Below, piece by piece: positions 39,764-49,823 of a stretch of 60,871 bases of DNA. The DNA is taken from the NCBI GenBank assembly GCA_944358455.1, contig CALVRE010000004.1, positions 1-60,871 of the forward strand, read 5' to 3'. Below the pieces are notes generated by a model. That model saw nothing but the letters and a program-made list of their open reading frames with translations. It had not been told where the DNA came from and searched no databases. This DNA comes from an uncultured Bacilli bacterium (GTDB taxonomy: Bacteria; Bacillota_I; Bacilli_A; RF39; UBA660). Each line of letters opens with the position of its first letter. Position 1 is the first letter of the stretch. Position numbers and translations under genes: made by a program.

Positions 39764-39790
39764 AACAAAAAAACGGCTTCACACCGTTTT
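39764..39790 (-). terminator. Hairpin terminator about 150 nt downstream of yihY
   Basis: Minus strand reads AAACGG-TGTGAAG-CCGTTT followed by TTTTTTGTTTT. Confidence 0.45.
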
Positions 39791-39935
39791 ACTATTTTCA
39801 TCATAGCTTTTCTAAACTTCCAAAGGAGATATTGTCATTACCATTTTTTACTAATACTTATTCGTTCACAGTTAAACTATTTGGTACTAAAATGTGTAGT
39901 CTGCACAAGTACATACTGGTAATCTTATGTACTCA

Positions 39936-40805
39936 TTACTTATTATTCGTTTTTTTATTTTGGTTATGTGAGGTAGTTTCTGGAAGTTTTACCCCTTTTA
40001 CTTTTTGATAATAAGTTGCATTTACAGCAATTCCCAAAACTAATATATACGATAGAATATAAATCCACATCATCATGATAATAATATTGGACATACTACC
40101 ATAAAATAAGTCATAGTTTGCAAAATTAGATACATAATAAGAATAGATAGCAGTTACTAAAATAAAACCAAGCGTCGTTAAAAAGGCACCACGATTCATA
40201 TAACGACTTGGAATTCGTTTATCAGGAGCCATCGTATAAATTACTTTAATCGCATAGAAAATAACGATAAAAGCAATCGGCCATTTCAATAAAACGAAAA
40301 CTAAATAAACTTCTTTTGTCAGAAAACTAAGAACATCCCACTTTAATAACAACGCCAAGATCGTATTACCAAAACCTAATACAATTAACGAAGTAAAGAA
40401 TAAAGACATTAATAGAATTGCCATAAAAAACGCTTTTATACGGCCTTTTAAATAATTATCATTGGGAATATCATAAAGAGTATTTGATGCAATAATGATA
40501 GAATGTGGTCCATTTGAAGCTAAAATAAAACCCGTTATCATAAATATGAGAACATTTGCATCTAATCCTTGTCCACTGATAAAAGGAAGTAAAATTTCCG
40601 TAACTTCGGCAGGTAATGCTTGATTCATAAAACTGATCAATGATTCGATGGAAATGGAAAATAAAGACGCAATATAACCAATTAACGTAATGATTGGGAT
40701 AATGGAAAGAACTAAAAAGAAAGCAAGTTGGCCAGGCAAAATACGCATAACTGGTTTACCGATAATATCTAATAAACGTCTGATGATTTGTTTCATTCTT
40801 TCCAT
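39936..40805 (-). CDS. YihY/BrkB family membrane protein
   Basis: Six-TM protein, about 290 aa, with the typical YihY N-terminus (ILPGQLAFFLVLSIIP) and YGS....IIMMMWIY. Confidence 0.8.
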   Translation of the reverse strand: MERMKQIIRRLLDIIGKPVMRILPGQLAFFLVLSIIPIITLIGYIASLFSISIESLISFMNQALPAEVTEILLPFISGQGLDANVLIFMITGFILASNGPHSIIIASNTLYDIPNDNYLKGRIKAFFMAILLMSLFFTSLIVLGFGNTILALLLKWDVLSFLTKEVYLVFVLLKWPIAFIVIFYAIKVIYTMAPDKRIPSRYMNRGAFLTTLGFILVTAIYSYYVSNFANYDLFYGSMSNIIIMMMWIYILSYILVLGIAVNATYYQKVKGVKLPETTSHNQNKKTNNK

Positions 40806-40843
40806 GGCATTCTTCCTTTCAAAAAAGCAAAGAAAATCTTTGC

Positions 40844-42922
40844 TTAATTATTATTTTCTTCTTTGGCTGTACGCATATCGAGAGTTGCTTCATTGACAGC
40901 ATCATCGATTGTCTTGATTGCATCTGTAATCATGCTATATCCAACTGCTGCTCCAAATCCATGCGCTAATTCTTTCATTTCTTTATTTAATTTACGAATA
41001 TAAGCAACAATTTGTTTCTCATCATATCCAACTAAATAAATTAAGAATTCATTTCCACTAGTACGCAAAATATCGCTATTTGGAATTTGGGTTTTAATCA
41101 AAATATTAGCAGCTTCTTTAATAACATTGTCTCCTTCTTGATGACCATAATTATCATTAATATAAGCAACGTTATTCAAGTCGACAATGACAATCGACTG
41201 TGGATAAACTTCGCTCTCATCCCAAGCCTCAATATTATCATTGAGATAATTTCGGTTTTTAAGAGAAGTTAACTGATCGATATATTTAATCTTATCACCT
41301 TTACTTAAAGAAGCTTGTTTCTTCTCCATATGAATATATTTATATAATCCAAAGATGGCAAATAAGCCAACAATTCCTCCTAGAATAATGGTAATAATCG
41401 TAAGAAAAATATTATTTCCATTATTAAAATCTAATAATGTTCCATAAGCAGAACTTGTAAATGTTCTTTCGTTGATAAATGATAAATAAAGATCGAAAAA
41501 TTCAGCAAAAACACTATTCGCTTTGATATCTCTTACCACAAATTGATAAGAAGAAGGTAAATAGAACGTATAATCTTTCGTAAAACGTTCTAATTCATCA
41601 TGAACATAATATTCATAAGTTGCTTCATCGATCGCAATAATACTAGAAGAGGTTTTCATTTCTAATAATTTATTGATACTATCAGCTTCTGTTATTTTAA
41701 CATCTTGTGCTTGTAGATAATCGGCGATTTTTGTCCCTTTTACCGCTAATACTTCTTTCCCTTTTAAAGAGTAAAGTGAATTCACTACTAAATCATAGTC
41801 GACATCTGATAAAATAACAACTGCTTCATCACTTGTCGATACCGTATCATAAACATCCATATCATAATTCGTATTGGCATTGGTTCCGTAGAAGAAATCA
41901 ATTTTATTTTCATTAAAAGCTGTTAACAAAGCCTCCATATTATTGTACTCATTATAACTAATTTCAATATCAGCCAATTTTGAGAAAGCTCTCAGAATAT
42001 TACTATTGATACCAGCTAATTTATTTTTATAAATAGTATTGTAAGGGCGATTATCGATGAACCCATAAACGTATCGTTTGCTTCTAAAATCAGCCTTTTC
42101 TTTCTCCCCAACTTGTTTATATGTAAAATAATGACTAGAGAAATACTTATTAAAAGAATTTTCAAAATGATCGCTCGCCCATTTCTGATAATATTTTCGA
42201 ATAATTGTATTTAAGCGATCAGTACTTCCTAACGTAAGCACATAATTTTCGTTCAATCCTTCTAATTGATAAGCAATATGAAAATCAGCATTCTCAACCA
42301 CTTCTTTTAAATATACGAGTTGTGGTACGACAATCGCATCGATTTCACGCTCTATCGAATCTTCTTCCTCCGATTCAGTACCAATCAATGCTGAAATAAG
42401 TTCGACTCTCGTCTCATAAGCTTTAAACGTTACATCTAAACCACTGAAATAAGCGCTCACTTTTTCTAAATCAGCATTCGTAACACCAATCGTAAGATTT
42501 TGAATTTCATCTAAACGATTGTATTTCACTTTTTCCGCCGTAATGAGTGATAAGGTATCTTGATAAACTAAAATATCATTATCTTCTACTGTTTCTTTAA
42601 TTTGAAAAGCATATTCACTTGCTGGTTCATTCTGATAATTCAACGATATTTTATTGAATTCTAATCCAGTATCCTTTTCTAACGCTGTTAAGAAATCAAA
42701 AAATACACCTTCTCCATTATAATTGAATACAGGAATATTATTGGTAATCGCTAAATCGATTACTTTATTTTTATTACTTTCGATCCATTGTTTTTCCAAA
42801 ATAGTCAAAGTTGTATTTTTATCTTCACTTGTAAAATAACGATATACTCCAAAAGAAACAATCGCAACAATCAAAATAGCGAAAAGAGTAATCCATATTT
42901 TTTTATTTTTCATTTTTACCAC
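40844..42922 (-). CDS. Membrane sensor with two periplasmic solute-binding-like domains and a degenerate GGDEF domain
   Basis: TM, about 480-aa extracytoplasmic region, TM, then a GGDEF fold (SLKNRNYLN...VDLNNVAYINDNYGHQEGD...LRTSGNEFLIYL). The signature reads SGNEF instead of GG(D/E)EF. Confidence 0.75.
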   Translation of the reverse strand: MVKMKNKKIWITLFAILIVAIVSFGVYRYFTSEDKNTTLTILEKQWIESNKNKVIDLAITNNIPVFNYNGEGVFFDFLTALEKDTGLEFNKISLNYQNEPASEYAFQIKETVEDNDILVYQDTLSLITAEKVKYNRLDEIQNLTIGVTNADLEKVSAYFSGLDVTFKAYETRVELISALIGTESEEEDSIEREIDAIVVPQLVYLKEVVENADFHIAYQLEGLNENYVLTLGSTDRLNTIIRKYYQKWASDHFENSFNKYFSSHYFTYKQVGEKEKADFRSKRYVYGFIDNRPYNTIYKNKLAGINSNILRAFSKLADIEISYNEYNNMEALLTAFNENKIDFFYGTNANTNYDMDVYDTVSTSDEAVVILSDVDYDLVVNSLYSLKGKEVLAVKGTKIADYLQAQDVKITEADSINKLLEMKTSSSIIAIDEATYEYYVHDELERFTKDYTFYLPSSYQFVVRDIKANSVFAEFFDLYLSFINERTFTSSAYGTLLDFNNGNNIFLTIITIILGGIVGLFAIFGLYKYIHMEKKQASLSKGDKIKYIDQLTSLKNRNYLNDNIEAWDESEVYPQSIVIVDLNNVAYINDNYGHQEGDNVIKEAANILIKTQIPNSDILRTSGNEFLIYLVGYDEKQIVAYIRKLNKEMKELAHGFGAAVGYSMITDAIKTIDDAVNEATLDMRTAKEENNN

Positions 42923-43384
42923 CTATTCATGATAATTCCATTGAAATCCAACACTCGTTTTATGCTTATAACCAATATATGGATAAAGTTCGCTTTCTTC
43001 ATCCTCATCACATGTTAGAAATACTTGAATATCATAATATTCTTTCTCTTCATCTGATAAAAATTCTAATGTTTTATCGGCATAAGAGACTGCTGTAATT
43101 AAATCCGTATCTTGTTTGACATCAATAATAAAATTCATAATGCGTCCACTCAAATGATAGTCAACCGCATTCACATTCTCATTTTGTTCTAATTCTTGTT
43201 CGATACGTTTGATCGTATCATCACTTACTTTAACATCATCGATACCGTCTAAACGATTCCCATAAACACTTTCCCCTGCATTAGGAAGTACTAACTCGCA
43301 TACTGCAAAAATAGCTAGTCCCATTATCACTAAGAAGATAAGTCCACCGATGATATAAAATTTATGTTTCTTCACAAATTCCAT
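42923..43384 (-). CDS. Hypothetical membrane-anchored protein
   Basis: 153 aa with one N-terminal TM. Its stop abuts the downstream GGDEF gene start (co-transcribed). Confidence 0.45.
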   Translation of the reverse strand: MEFVKKHKFYIIGGLIFLVIMGLAIFAVCELVLPNAGESVYGNRLDGIDDVKVSDDTIKRIEQELEQNENVNAVDYHLSGRIMNFIIDVKQDTDLITAVSYADKTLEFLSDEEKEYYDIQVFLTCDEDEESELYPYIGYKHKTSVGFQWNYHE

Positions 43385-43437
43385 AACGTCACTCCAATCG
43401 TATTTTCATTATACTATATTCTACGCTTTTTTTCAAA

Positions 43438-44856
43438 CTAATATTTCTCGAGTTCTTCCACCAATAATTTACTAACTATCTGAGGATTTGCTTGACCACG
43501 AGACTCTTTCATGATCTGACCCATTAAATATTTCGTTGCACGATCAAGTCCTTTTTTATAATCCTCAATCGAACTAGGATTTGCTTCGATCACTTTCTTT
43601 ACCATAAGAAGTAATGCATCCGTATCTTGAATTTGTTCCATTCCAAGAAGTTTCGCTAATTTCTTTGGGCTCTCTTTTTTCTCTAGGAAAACAGGCAATA
43701 ATTCTTTCCCCTGCTTACTAGATAATTCCCCACTCGCAAGTAAATCGATCAATTCAATAAAATAATCCGGATTTAAATTCAAGTCATCGAGTGTCATACT
43801 ATCTTTATTTAAATAACTGAGTAAATCTCCTGTAAGAATATTAGCTGCTACTACTGGATTACAACGTTCTTTAATTCTTTCTAAAAACATCGATAAATCA
43901 ATATTAGCAATCAACGTTTTAATATTATTTTCATTGATGCCTGCTTCACGATAAGATTTTCTTAGTGCTGCTGGTAAAACAGGTAAAGAATCAAGCGTTT
44001 CTTGAATCCATTCATCACTAATCGTCACATAAGGAAGATCCGGTTCTGGAAAATAACGATAATCGTTTCCCGTCTCTTTGACACGCATCAATATCGTCGT
44101 ATTTGTTTTATCGTCAAATCTTCTTGTCTCTTCATGAACTTTCTCACCACGTTCTAACATTTCTGCTTGACGATTCATCTCATAACGGATACTCGTTCCA
44201 ACATAACTGATAGAACCAATATTTTTAATTTCTACTTTTGTGCCAAATTGATTACTTTCTTCCTCTTTCAAAGAAACGTTCGCATCACATCGCATACTTC
44301 CTTCTTCGATCTTTACATCACTAATACCTAGATAAAGCATAATCTCACGAAGTGTTTCCAAATAAGCAACTGCTTCTTTATCATTTGCAATTTCTGGTTT
44401 ACTGACAATTTCGATAAGCGGTACTCCAGCACGATTAAAATTGAGAAGAGTACCATTCAAACTATGAATGCTTTTACAAGTATCTTCTTCGATATGAATA
44501 CGTTCAATTCCAATCTTCTTAGTATAGCCATCTACTTCGATCTCTAAATAACCATCATAACCAATTGGCGTCTCTTGTTGTGTAATCTGATAACCTTTTG
44601 GTAAATCCGGATAAAAATAATTTTTTCGATCAAAGTGCATCACTTGATTGATGTTACAATGACAAGCAAGTGCTGCCTTTAACGCCATGTTGATAACTTC
44701 TTTATTTAATTTTGGAAGCGTTCCAGGATAACCTAAATCAATGACTTCCACATTCGTATTAGGTTCGTTACTAAAAGCATTTTTTGCATGCGAATAAACT
44801 TTTGCCTTACTTTTTAGTTCAACATGAACTTCTACTCCGATTGTAGGAACTAACAT
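43438..44856 (-). CDS. gatB: Asp/Glu-tRNA(Asn/Gln) amidotransferase subunit B
   Basis: IGVEVHVELKS, NRAGVPLIEIVS and a C-terminal GatB_Yqey domain. gatCAB order. Confidence 0.92.
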   Translation of the reverse strand: MLVPTIGVEVHVELKSKAKVYSHAKNAFSNEPNTNVEVIDLGYPGTLPKLNKEVINMALKAALACHCNINQVMHFDRKNYFYPDLPKGYQITQQETPIGYDGYLEIEVDGYTKKIGIERIHIEEDTCKSIHSLNGTLLNFNRAGVPLIEIVSKPEIANDKEAVAYLETLREIMLYLGISDVKIEEGSMRCDANVSLKEEESNQFGTKVEIKNIGSISYVGTSIRYEMNRQAEMLERGEKVHEETRRFDDKTNTTILMRVKETGNDYRYFPEPDLPYVTISDEWIQETLDSLPVLPAALRKSYREAGINENNIKTLIANIDLSMFLERIKERCNPVVAANILTGDLLSYLNKDSMTLDDLNLNPDYFIELIDLLASGELSSKQGKELLPVFLEKKESPKKLAKLLGMEQIQDTDALLLMVKKVIEANPSSIEDYKKGLDRATKYLMGQIMKESRGQANPQIVSKLLVEELEKY

Positions 44857-46304
44857 GTTCTACCTCCTTTCGGATCTAAATCTAATTTCAATTCTTTCTC
44901 AATATAAGAAGCTAACATATAAATCTTTTCTTCCATGAAGTAAGAGCTGATAATATGCATACCAATTGGTAAATGTTCATGATTAAAACCAATTGGTAAA
45001 CTCATTCCTGGAAGACCAGCCATATTGACTGGTATCGTAAGTAAATCATCATAGAAACTCTTCAAAGCGTCATCACTTTTAACGCCAAAATCATAAGCGA
45101 CATTGGTATTCGTCGGACCAATGATTAAATCGTATTTTGTAAACACCTCGCGAAATGCCTTTGTCATCTCATTACGAAGTACCAAAGCCTTATGATAATA
45201 AATATTAGCATTCTCACCGCTTAAAACATAAGACCCAATCATAATACGACGTTTTACTTCACGACCAAATCCTTCCGCACGACTCTTCTTATACAATTCT
45301 TCTAAATCGGAAAACTCATCCGTCACATGACCAAACTTAATACCATCAAAACGTGCCAAATTAGAGCTTGCTTCTCCTAGCGCGATAATTTGATAAAGTG
45401 GGATCGCATATTCTAGATAAGGAATATCGATATAGTCAATCACACAACCAGCTTTTTCTAGTAAAGCAATTACCTCTTCCACTTTATGTTTGACTTCCCC
45501 ATCGATCGTATCACTCATATAGTAATTTGGTACGGCAATTTTAAAGCCACGAATGTCTTTCCCTAATGCGTCAACATAATGTCCAACAGGTGTATCAGAA
45601 CTTGTCAAATCATTCTCATCTGATCCACTGATTGCTTCTAGTAAAATCGCATTATCTTCGACATTTTGCGTCATTGGACCAATTTGATCTAGACTAGATG
45701 CAAACGCAATTAAACCATAACGAGAAACACGACCATAAGTTGGTTTCAATCCCACTAATCCACAAAAACTAGAAGGTTGACGAATACTACCACCTGTATC
45801 ACTACCAAGTGCTAAAGAAACTAAACGTCCACTTACTGCAGCCGCACTTCCACTACTACTTCCCCCTGGAACTTTCGTTTCATTCCAAGGATTAACTGCA
45901 TAAGGAAAATAACTAGTCTCCCCTGTCGAACCCATGGCAAATTCATCCATATTAGTCTTTCCTATAATAATCATATGTCTCTCTTTGATTTTCTTTATTA
46001 CGGTTGCATCATAAATGGGATCGAAATCATCTAACATATGAGAAGCACAAGTTGTACGTAAATTTTTGGTCACAATATTATCCTTAATGGCAATCGGAAT
46101 TCCAAATAATAAATTATCTACTTCCAGATTTTCTAACTCTTTAGCCTCTTTCAATGCTTCTTCTTTATTTAACGTAATAAAAGCATGATAATCATGTTCT
46201 TCTATCTTGGCAAATGCTTCTTCTACTAAATCGATTGGTTTGATGGACTTACTTTTTAGTAGTTCATGAAGCTCTTTGATACTTTTACTTAAATAATTAG
46301 TCAT
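44850..46304 (-). CDS. gatA: Glutamyl-tRNA(Gln) amidotransferase subunit A
   Basis: Amidase signature GGSSSGSAAAV...GSDTGGSIRQP. Confidence 0.92.
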   Translation of the reverse strand: MTNYLSKSIKELHELLKSKSIKPIDLVEEAFAKIEEHDYHAFITLNKEEALKEAKELENLEVDNLLFGIPIAIKDNIVTKNLRTTCASHMLDDFDPIYDATVIKKIKERHMIIIGKTNMDEFAMGSTGETSYFPYAVNPWNETKVPGGSSSGSAAAVSGRLVSLALGSDTGGSIRQPSSFCGLVGLKPTYGRVSRYGLIAFASSLDQIGPMTQNVEDNAILLEAISGSDENDLTSSDTPVGHYVDALGKDIRGFKIAVPNYYMSDTIDGEVKHKVEEVIALLEKAGCVIDYIDIPYLEYAIPLYQIIALGEASSNLARFDGIKFGHVTDEFSDLEELYKKSRAEGFGREVKRRIMIGSYVLSGENANIYYHKALVLRNEMTKAFREVFTKYDLIIGPTNTNVAYDFGVKSDDALKSFYDDLLTIPVNMAGLPGMSLPIGFNHEHLPIGMHIISSYFMEEKIYMLASYIEKELKLDLDPKGGRTC

Positions 46305-46593
46305 TTAACACCTTTGGAACCACCACGTATCCATCAACTACGTGTTTGGCATTTTTAAATATTTCATCTTTCGTAAGCATTTCTCCCACTTCATCTTCAC
46401 AAAACTTATTTTGATTATTCGTTGGTGCAATTAAAATTTCTCCATTCTCATCGATATTCACTTTATTGATTTTATCAATTTCCGTTAAAATGGAAGCAAG
46501 TTGTACACCATACTTTTCTTTTTCTTCAGGACTAATTGCTAATCTTGCTAAATTGGCAACATGATCCACTTGTTTTTCACTTAGTTTTTCCAT
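46297..46593 (-). CDS. gatC: Asp/Glu-tRNA amidotransferase subunit C
   Basis: 98 aa with V.HVANLARL....EE.EKY..QL..IL. Overlaps the gatA start. Confidence 0.85.
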   Translation of the reverse strand: MEKLSEKQVDHVANLARLAISPEEKEKYGVQLASILTEIDKINKVNIDENGEILIAPTNNQNKFCEDEVGEMLTKDEIFKNAKHVVDGYVVVPKVLND

Positions 46594-46796
46594 TGTTTCA
46601 CCTTCCTAAAACAAAATATTAGGATAAACCTAAACATTAATATTATAGCATATCTTCATTTCTTTTCGTTAAAAGAAGCAAAAAAAATGAGAAATTATCC
46701 CATTTTAATAACGATAATATGATGAAACATTAAAAATTTATCATTCCACATAATACTGATACCAAAGTGCTTATTCTTAATAGAATCTCTTTTCAA

Positions 46797-46823
46797 CAAA
46801 AAAGAGGGTCTTATCATACCCTC
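46797..46823 (-). terminator. Rho-independent terminator downstream of ytxH
   Basis: Minus strand reads GAGGGT-ATGATAAG-ACCCTC followed by TTTTTTG. Confidence 0.6.
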
Positions 46824-46837
46824 CATACAAGAAAAGA

Positions 46838-47290
46838 TTATTTCTCTTCTTTCCCACTTTTTGCGTTTTGATCAGAAGCTTCTAATTTAGCTAACACTTC
46901 TTTTGTAGCTACGATAGCTTTCTCACGAATAGAATTAGCTGCTTTTTCTAATACTGGCGTTCCTTTTTCAACTGCATAATCGACAAGTTCTTCCGCCATA
47001 TCTTGAATTTGTTGTGCTTTTTTCTTAGCAATTTTTACAACTTTTTCTTTATCTAATTCTTCGATTTCGGATTTCAATTGATAAAGTTTAATTTCAAATT
47101 CTTCTTTTACTTCTTCAGCATCGATATCTTTAATTTTAGCAATCATTTCATCGATTTTTTCCTTTAATTCTCTTCTCGTATCTTTTCCTGATTTAGGAGC
47201 AAATAGAACTCCTAATCCAGCTCCGATTGCAGCTCCTGCCAAAAATTTTCCAAATCCACTACTTTTCTTTCCATTTTTACTCATTTTCAT
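46838..47290 (-). CDS. ytxH: YtxH domain-containing general stress protein
   Basis: GKFLAGAAIGAGLGVLFAPKSGKDTR N-terminus followed by a long amphipathic, charged helix region. Confidence 0.8.
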   Translation of the reverse strand: MKMSKNGKKSSGFGKFLAGAAIGAGLGVLFAPKSGKDTRRELKEKIDEMIAKIKDIDAEEVKEEFEIKLYQLKSEIEELDKEKVVKIAKKKAQQIQDMAEELVDYAVEKGTPVLEKAANSIREKAIVATKEVLAKLEASDQNAKSGKEEK

Positions 47291-47567
47291 CTTCCTCTTT
47301 TCTTTCTTTTTTATTGAAAAAGCCTAAAACAGTATTACTGATAAAAGCAACTGCTCGATCAGTCATAAGGGTAAGGGCATCAGCCGAACGATCGACGATG
47401 TTAAAAACACCATCTAATTTAGCTGACTTATTGCTAACATCATCGATTAAATAATCGACTTTCTTTAAAGTTTTCATAAGTCGTAATACAAAAATCGTCA
47501 GTACTACTAAGAGAATACAACCTAAAATACATACGACAATAATAGCAAACTCTGTCATATCGACCAT
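47277..47567 (-). CDS. DUF948 (YtxG-like) membrane protein
   Basis: 96 aa. N-terminal TM, then LKKVDYLIDDV.......DGVF..VD. ytxG-ytxH order as in Bacillus. Confidence 0.65.
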   Translation of the reverse strand: MVDMTEFAIIVVCILGCILLVVLTIFVLRLMKTLKKVDYLIDDVSNKSAKLDGVFNIVDRSADALTLMTDRAVAFISNTVLGFFNKKERKEEDENE

Positions 47568-48457
47568 TATTCATCATCCCTCTTTTCATACATGGAATCG
47601 ATTAACTGAAAAAGATCACTTTCTTTTAAATCTAACTCTTCTTTGGAATCCTCCAATTTATTTAATTCTTCAGCAACCATATTTTCCTCTTCTTCTTTTT
47701 GAGGTTCTGATGGTTCTACTGAAAAGTCCTCATCAAGTAAATCTCCTTCATCCGTTACATCCAATTCTAAACCAGATAATTCATCGATTTTGGCATTTTT
47801 TTCAACTCGTGTCTTTGGTTCTTCGGTCTTTACCTCGATTGTTTCATGATCGACCATATCTAATTCATCAAAGATATCTTTTTCTTTCATAATTGGTTCT
47901 TCTTCCAATGTTTCTATTTCTTCTACTTCTGTCTCATCATTAAACAAGATCGAATTATTAAACATCGTATTTTCCAAATCATCCTCTAGCGTTCCATACG
48001 CTTTTTTACGAACATCATCAACGGTAAGTGCTCGTGACGTATGACTTCTTGTCACAGTTGTTCCTTTATCAGAAATATCTTCTTTATGATAATTCTTATC
48101 GAGAACTCCATATACTGGTGAAATAATCGGACTTGGTGCGAATTTCTTTTTCTCTTCTTTTTTTCCACCCATATAAGTTTCTTTCTTAGGAACCGGTGCC
48201 GGAGCAGCCTTTGGTTTTGGCTTTTCCACAGGTTTCGGTTGTTCTAAATTGACAAAATCTTTATCATCAAAGAAGACAGGAGTTCGAAGCTTTTCCTCTC
48301 TTCTAAGCGTTTCATTCTCCGTAATATCCCTCGTTTTTACTTCTTCTCTTGGAGATGGTGCAGGTATTTCTACTTGCATCACTTCCTTTTTAATAGGAGT
48401 CTCTTCGACTTCCACTTCTTCTGTAAATAAATTCTTGATTTTATCCATAAAACCCAT
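47567..48457 (-). CDS. Acidic, low-complexity hypothetical protein
   Basis: About 296 aa, E/D/K/P-rich with one conserved-looking island (APSPIISPVYGVLDKNY). Its stop overlaps the downstream ATG (TAATG). Start trimmed to ATG behind GAGGTGG. Confidence 0.45.
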   Translation of the reverse strand: MGFMDKIKNLFTEEVEVEETPIKKEVMQVEIPAPSPREEVKTRDITENETLRREEKLRTPVFFDDKDFVNLEQPKPVEKPKPKAAPAPVPKKETYMGGKKEEKKKFAPSPIISPVYGVLDKNYHKEDISDKGTTVTRSHTSRALTVDDVRKKAYGTLEDDLENTMFNNSILFNDETEVEEIETLEEEPIMKEKDIFDELDMVDHETIEVKTEEPKTRVEKNAKIDELSGLELDVTDEGDLLDEDFSVEPSEPQKEEEENMVAEELNKLEDSKEELDLKESDLFQLIDSMYEKRDDE

Positions 48458-48474
48458 ATTTACCACCTCTAATT

Positions 48475-49104
48475 TTATTCTTCTCCAGTTGTTGGAGTAC
48501 TATCATCCACTACTTTTAAGAAATTATCACTTGTATCTTTCTTAGAAGCAAAGATGTCGTATTTTTCTTCTTGATTCACAAAATAATCATCATTCAACAT
48601 CAACTTAATCACGTTATTATTAAATTTGACTGTCGATAAAATATAGGAAGCATTTAAGACGACTAATTCAATATCGTCCTTATTTACTAATGCCTCAATT
48701 TTCGCATAATTATACATAAATTCTATAAAATAGTATCCTGTATCTTCATCGATATTAATTTCCAAATAACCATCTTTATCATGAATGCTGATCGCCCTTG
48801 AATAGTAAGCATCTGGATTTACTTCATATTCAATTTTTCTCTGATAATAGTAACTGACAGCATCAATATATAAATAATAGTAATTACCATCCGAATAAAG
48901 TTTTTCATTCAAATCGTTGGTATCGATATAAGTTACGCCACGTGGAACATAGTACTTATACCCCTTCCCAACACGATTATATAATTCATTATCCTTTGAT
49001 AAAACAACATTCACCGTATTATCGATACTGTTCGTGTCGATTCGTACCATTGTACATCCGGTTAAAAGAAGCGTTACTAAGAAAAGAATTATGATCTTTT
49101 TCAT
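48475..49104 (-). CDS. Hypothetical lipoprotein
   Basis: Signal peptide with lipobox LLLTGC. Tyr-rich mature region. No family recognised. Confidence 0.55.
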   Translation of the reverse strand: MKKIIILFLVTLLLTGCTMVRIDTNSIDNTVNVVLSKDNELYNRVGKGYKYYVPRGVTYIDTNDLNEKLYSDGNYYYLYIDAVSYYYQRKIEYEVNPDAYYSRAISIHDKDGYLEINIDEDTGYYFIEFMYNYAKIEALVNKDDIELVVLNASYILSTVKFNNNVIKLMLNDDYFVNQEEKYDIFASKKDTSDNFLKVVDDSTPTTGEE

Positions 49105-49184
49105 ATTTCACCACTCTTACTATAAGTATAACAGATTTTTCCATTCTTGGATAGATTTTTTCATGTCTTTTGTACATCAAATGT

Positions 49185-49823
49185 CTACTTTTTCTTGGTT
49201 ACTTCGACAAAGTAAATGGGTTTCCCAAGCGACACAAATTTACTTTCATATTCCGTCGCAATATTATCTTTTATCAGTTCATCTTCGTATAAATTCAAAG
49301 ATAACTTACTTAGTTCATAACCATAATTCGTAAATGAAATTAAAGAATATTCAAATAATTTACGATTATCTGTCTTCATCTTAATTCGATAATCTCCTCG
49401 AAAAAGAGAATCGTATCTTGTTAAAAAAGGGGTACTTGTAAGTCTTCTTTCTTCATGACGATTCTTAGGCCAAGGATCAGAAAAATTAAGATAAATCGTA
49501 TCAACCTCATGATCGAAGACATTCTCGATATGGGAAGCATCCATACGAATTAAACGAAGATTAGGAAGATCGATATCTTGCAATTTATCAATCGCTCTCA
49601 CGATGACACTATCAAATTTTTCAATTCCAATAAAATTAATTTCTGGATATCTTTTGGCATTTTCAATGATGAAATTTCCTTTTCCCATTCCAATTTCGAT
49701 ATGAAGAGGATGCTCGTTTTCAAAAACATCATGAAAATGTCCTTTATATTCTTCTGGGTTTAAAAGTAGATAAGATGATGATTCAATTTTTTCTTTTGCA
49801 CCCTTAACATTCTTCAACCTCAT
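49185..49823 (-). CDS. trmB: tRNA (guanine46-N7)-methyltransferase
   Basis: HIEIGMGKGNF, GIE and YLNFSDPWPK motifs. Confidence 0.88.
   Translation of the reverse strand: MRLKNVKGAKEKIESSSYLLLNPEEYKGHFHDVFENEHPLHIEIGMGKGNFIIENAKRYPEINFIGIEKFDSVIVRAIDKLQDIDLPNLRLIRMDASHIENVFDHEVDTIYLNFSDPWPKNRHEERRLTSTPFLTRYDSLFRGDYRIKMKTDNRKLFEYSLISFTNYGYELSKLSLNLYEDELIKDNIATEYESKFVSLGKPIYFVEVTKKK

Noticed and set aside
1747-42788. Remaining shadow ORFs: 1747..1944, 4069..4272, 5668..5856, 8016..8207, 14580..14825, 15017..15220, 16668..16856, 16952..17134, 16972..17160, 17975..18202, 18178..18366, 18572..18769, 20240..20536, 21971..22159, 24006..24242, 26407..26820, 29634..29822, 33843..34028, 35116..35307, 36769..36966, 38517..38726, 39754..40008, 40690..40896, 41087..41272, 42788..43018, plus 59261..59629 and 60363..60545
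   Set aside because: Each is nested in or antisense to a motif-supported gene. None has an SD or terminator context of its own.
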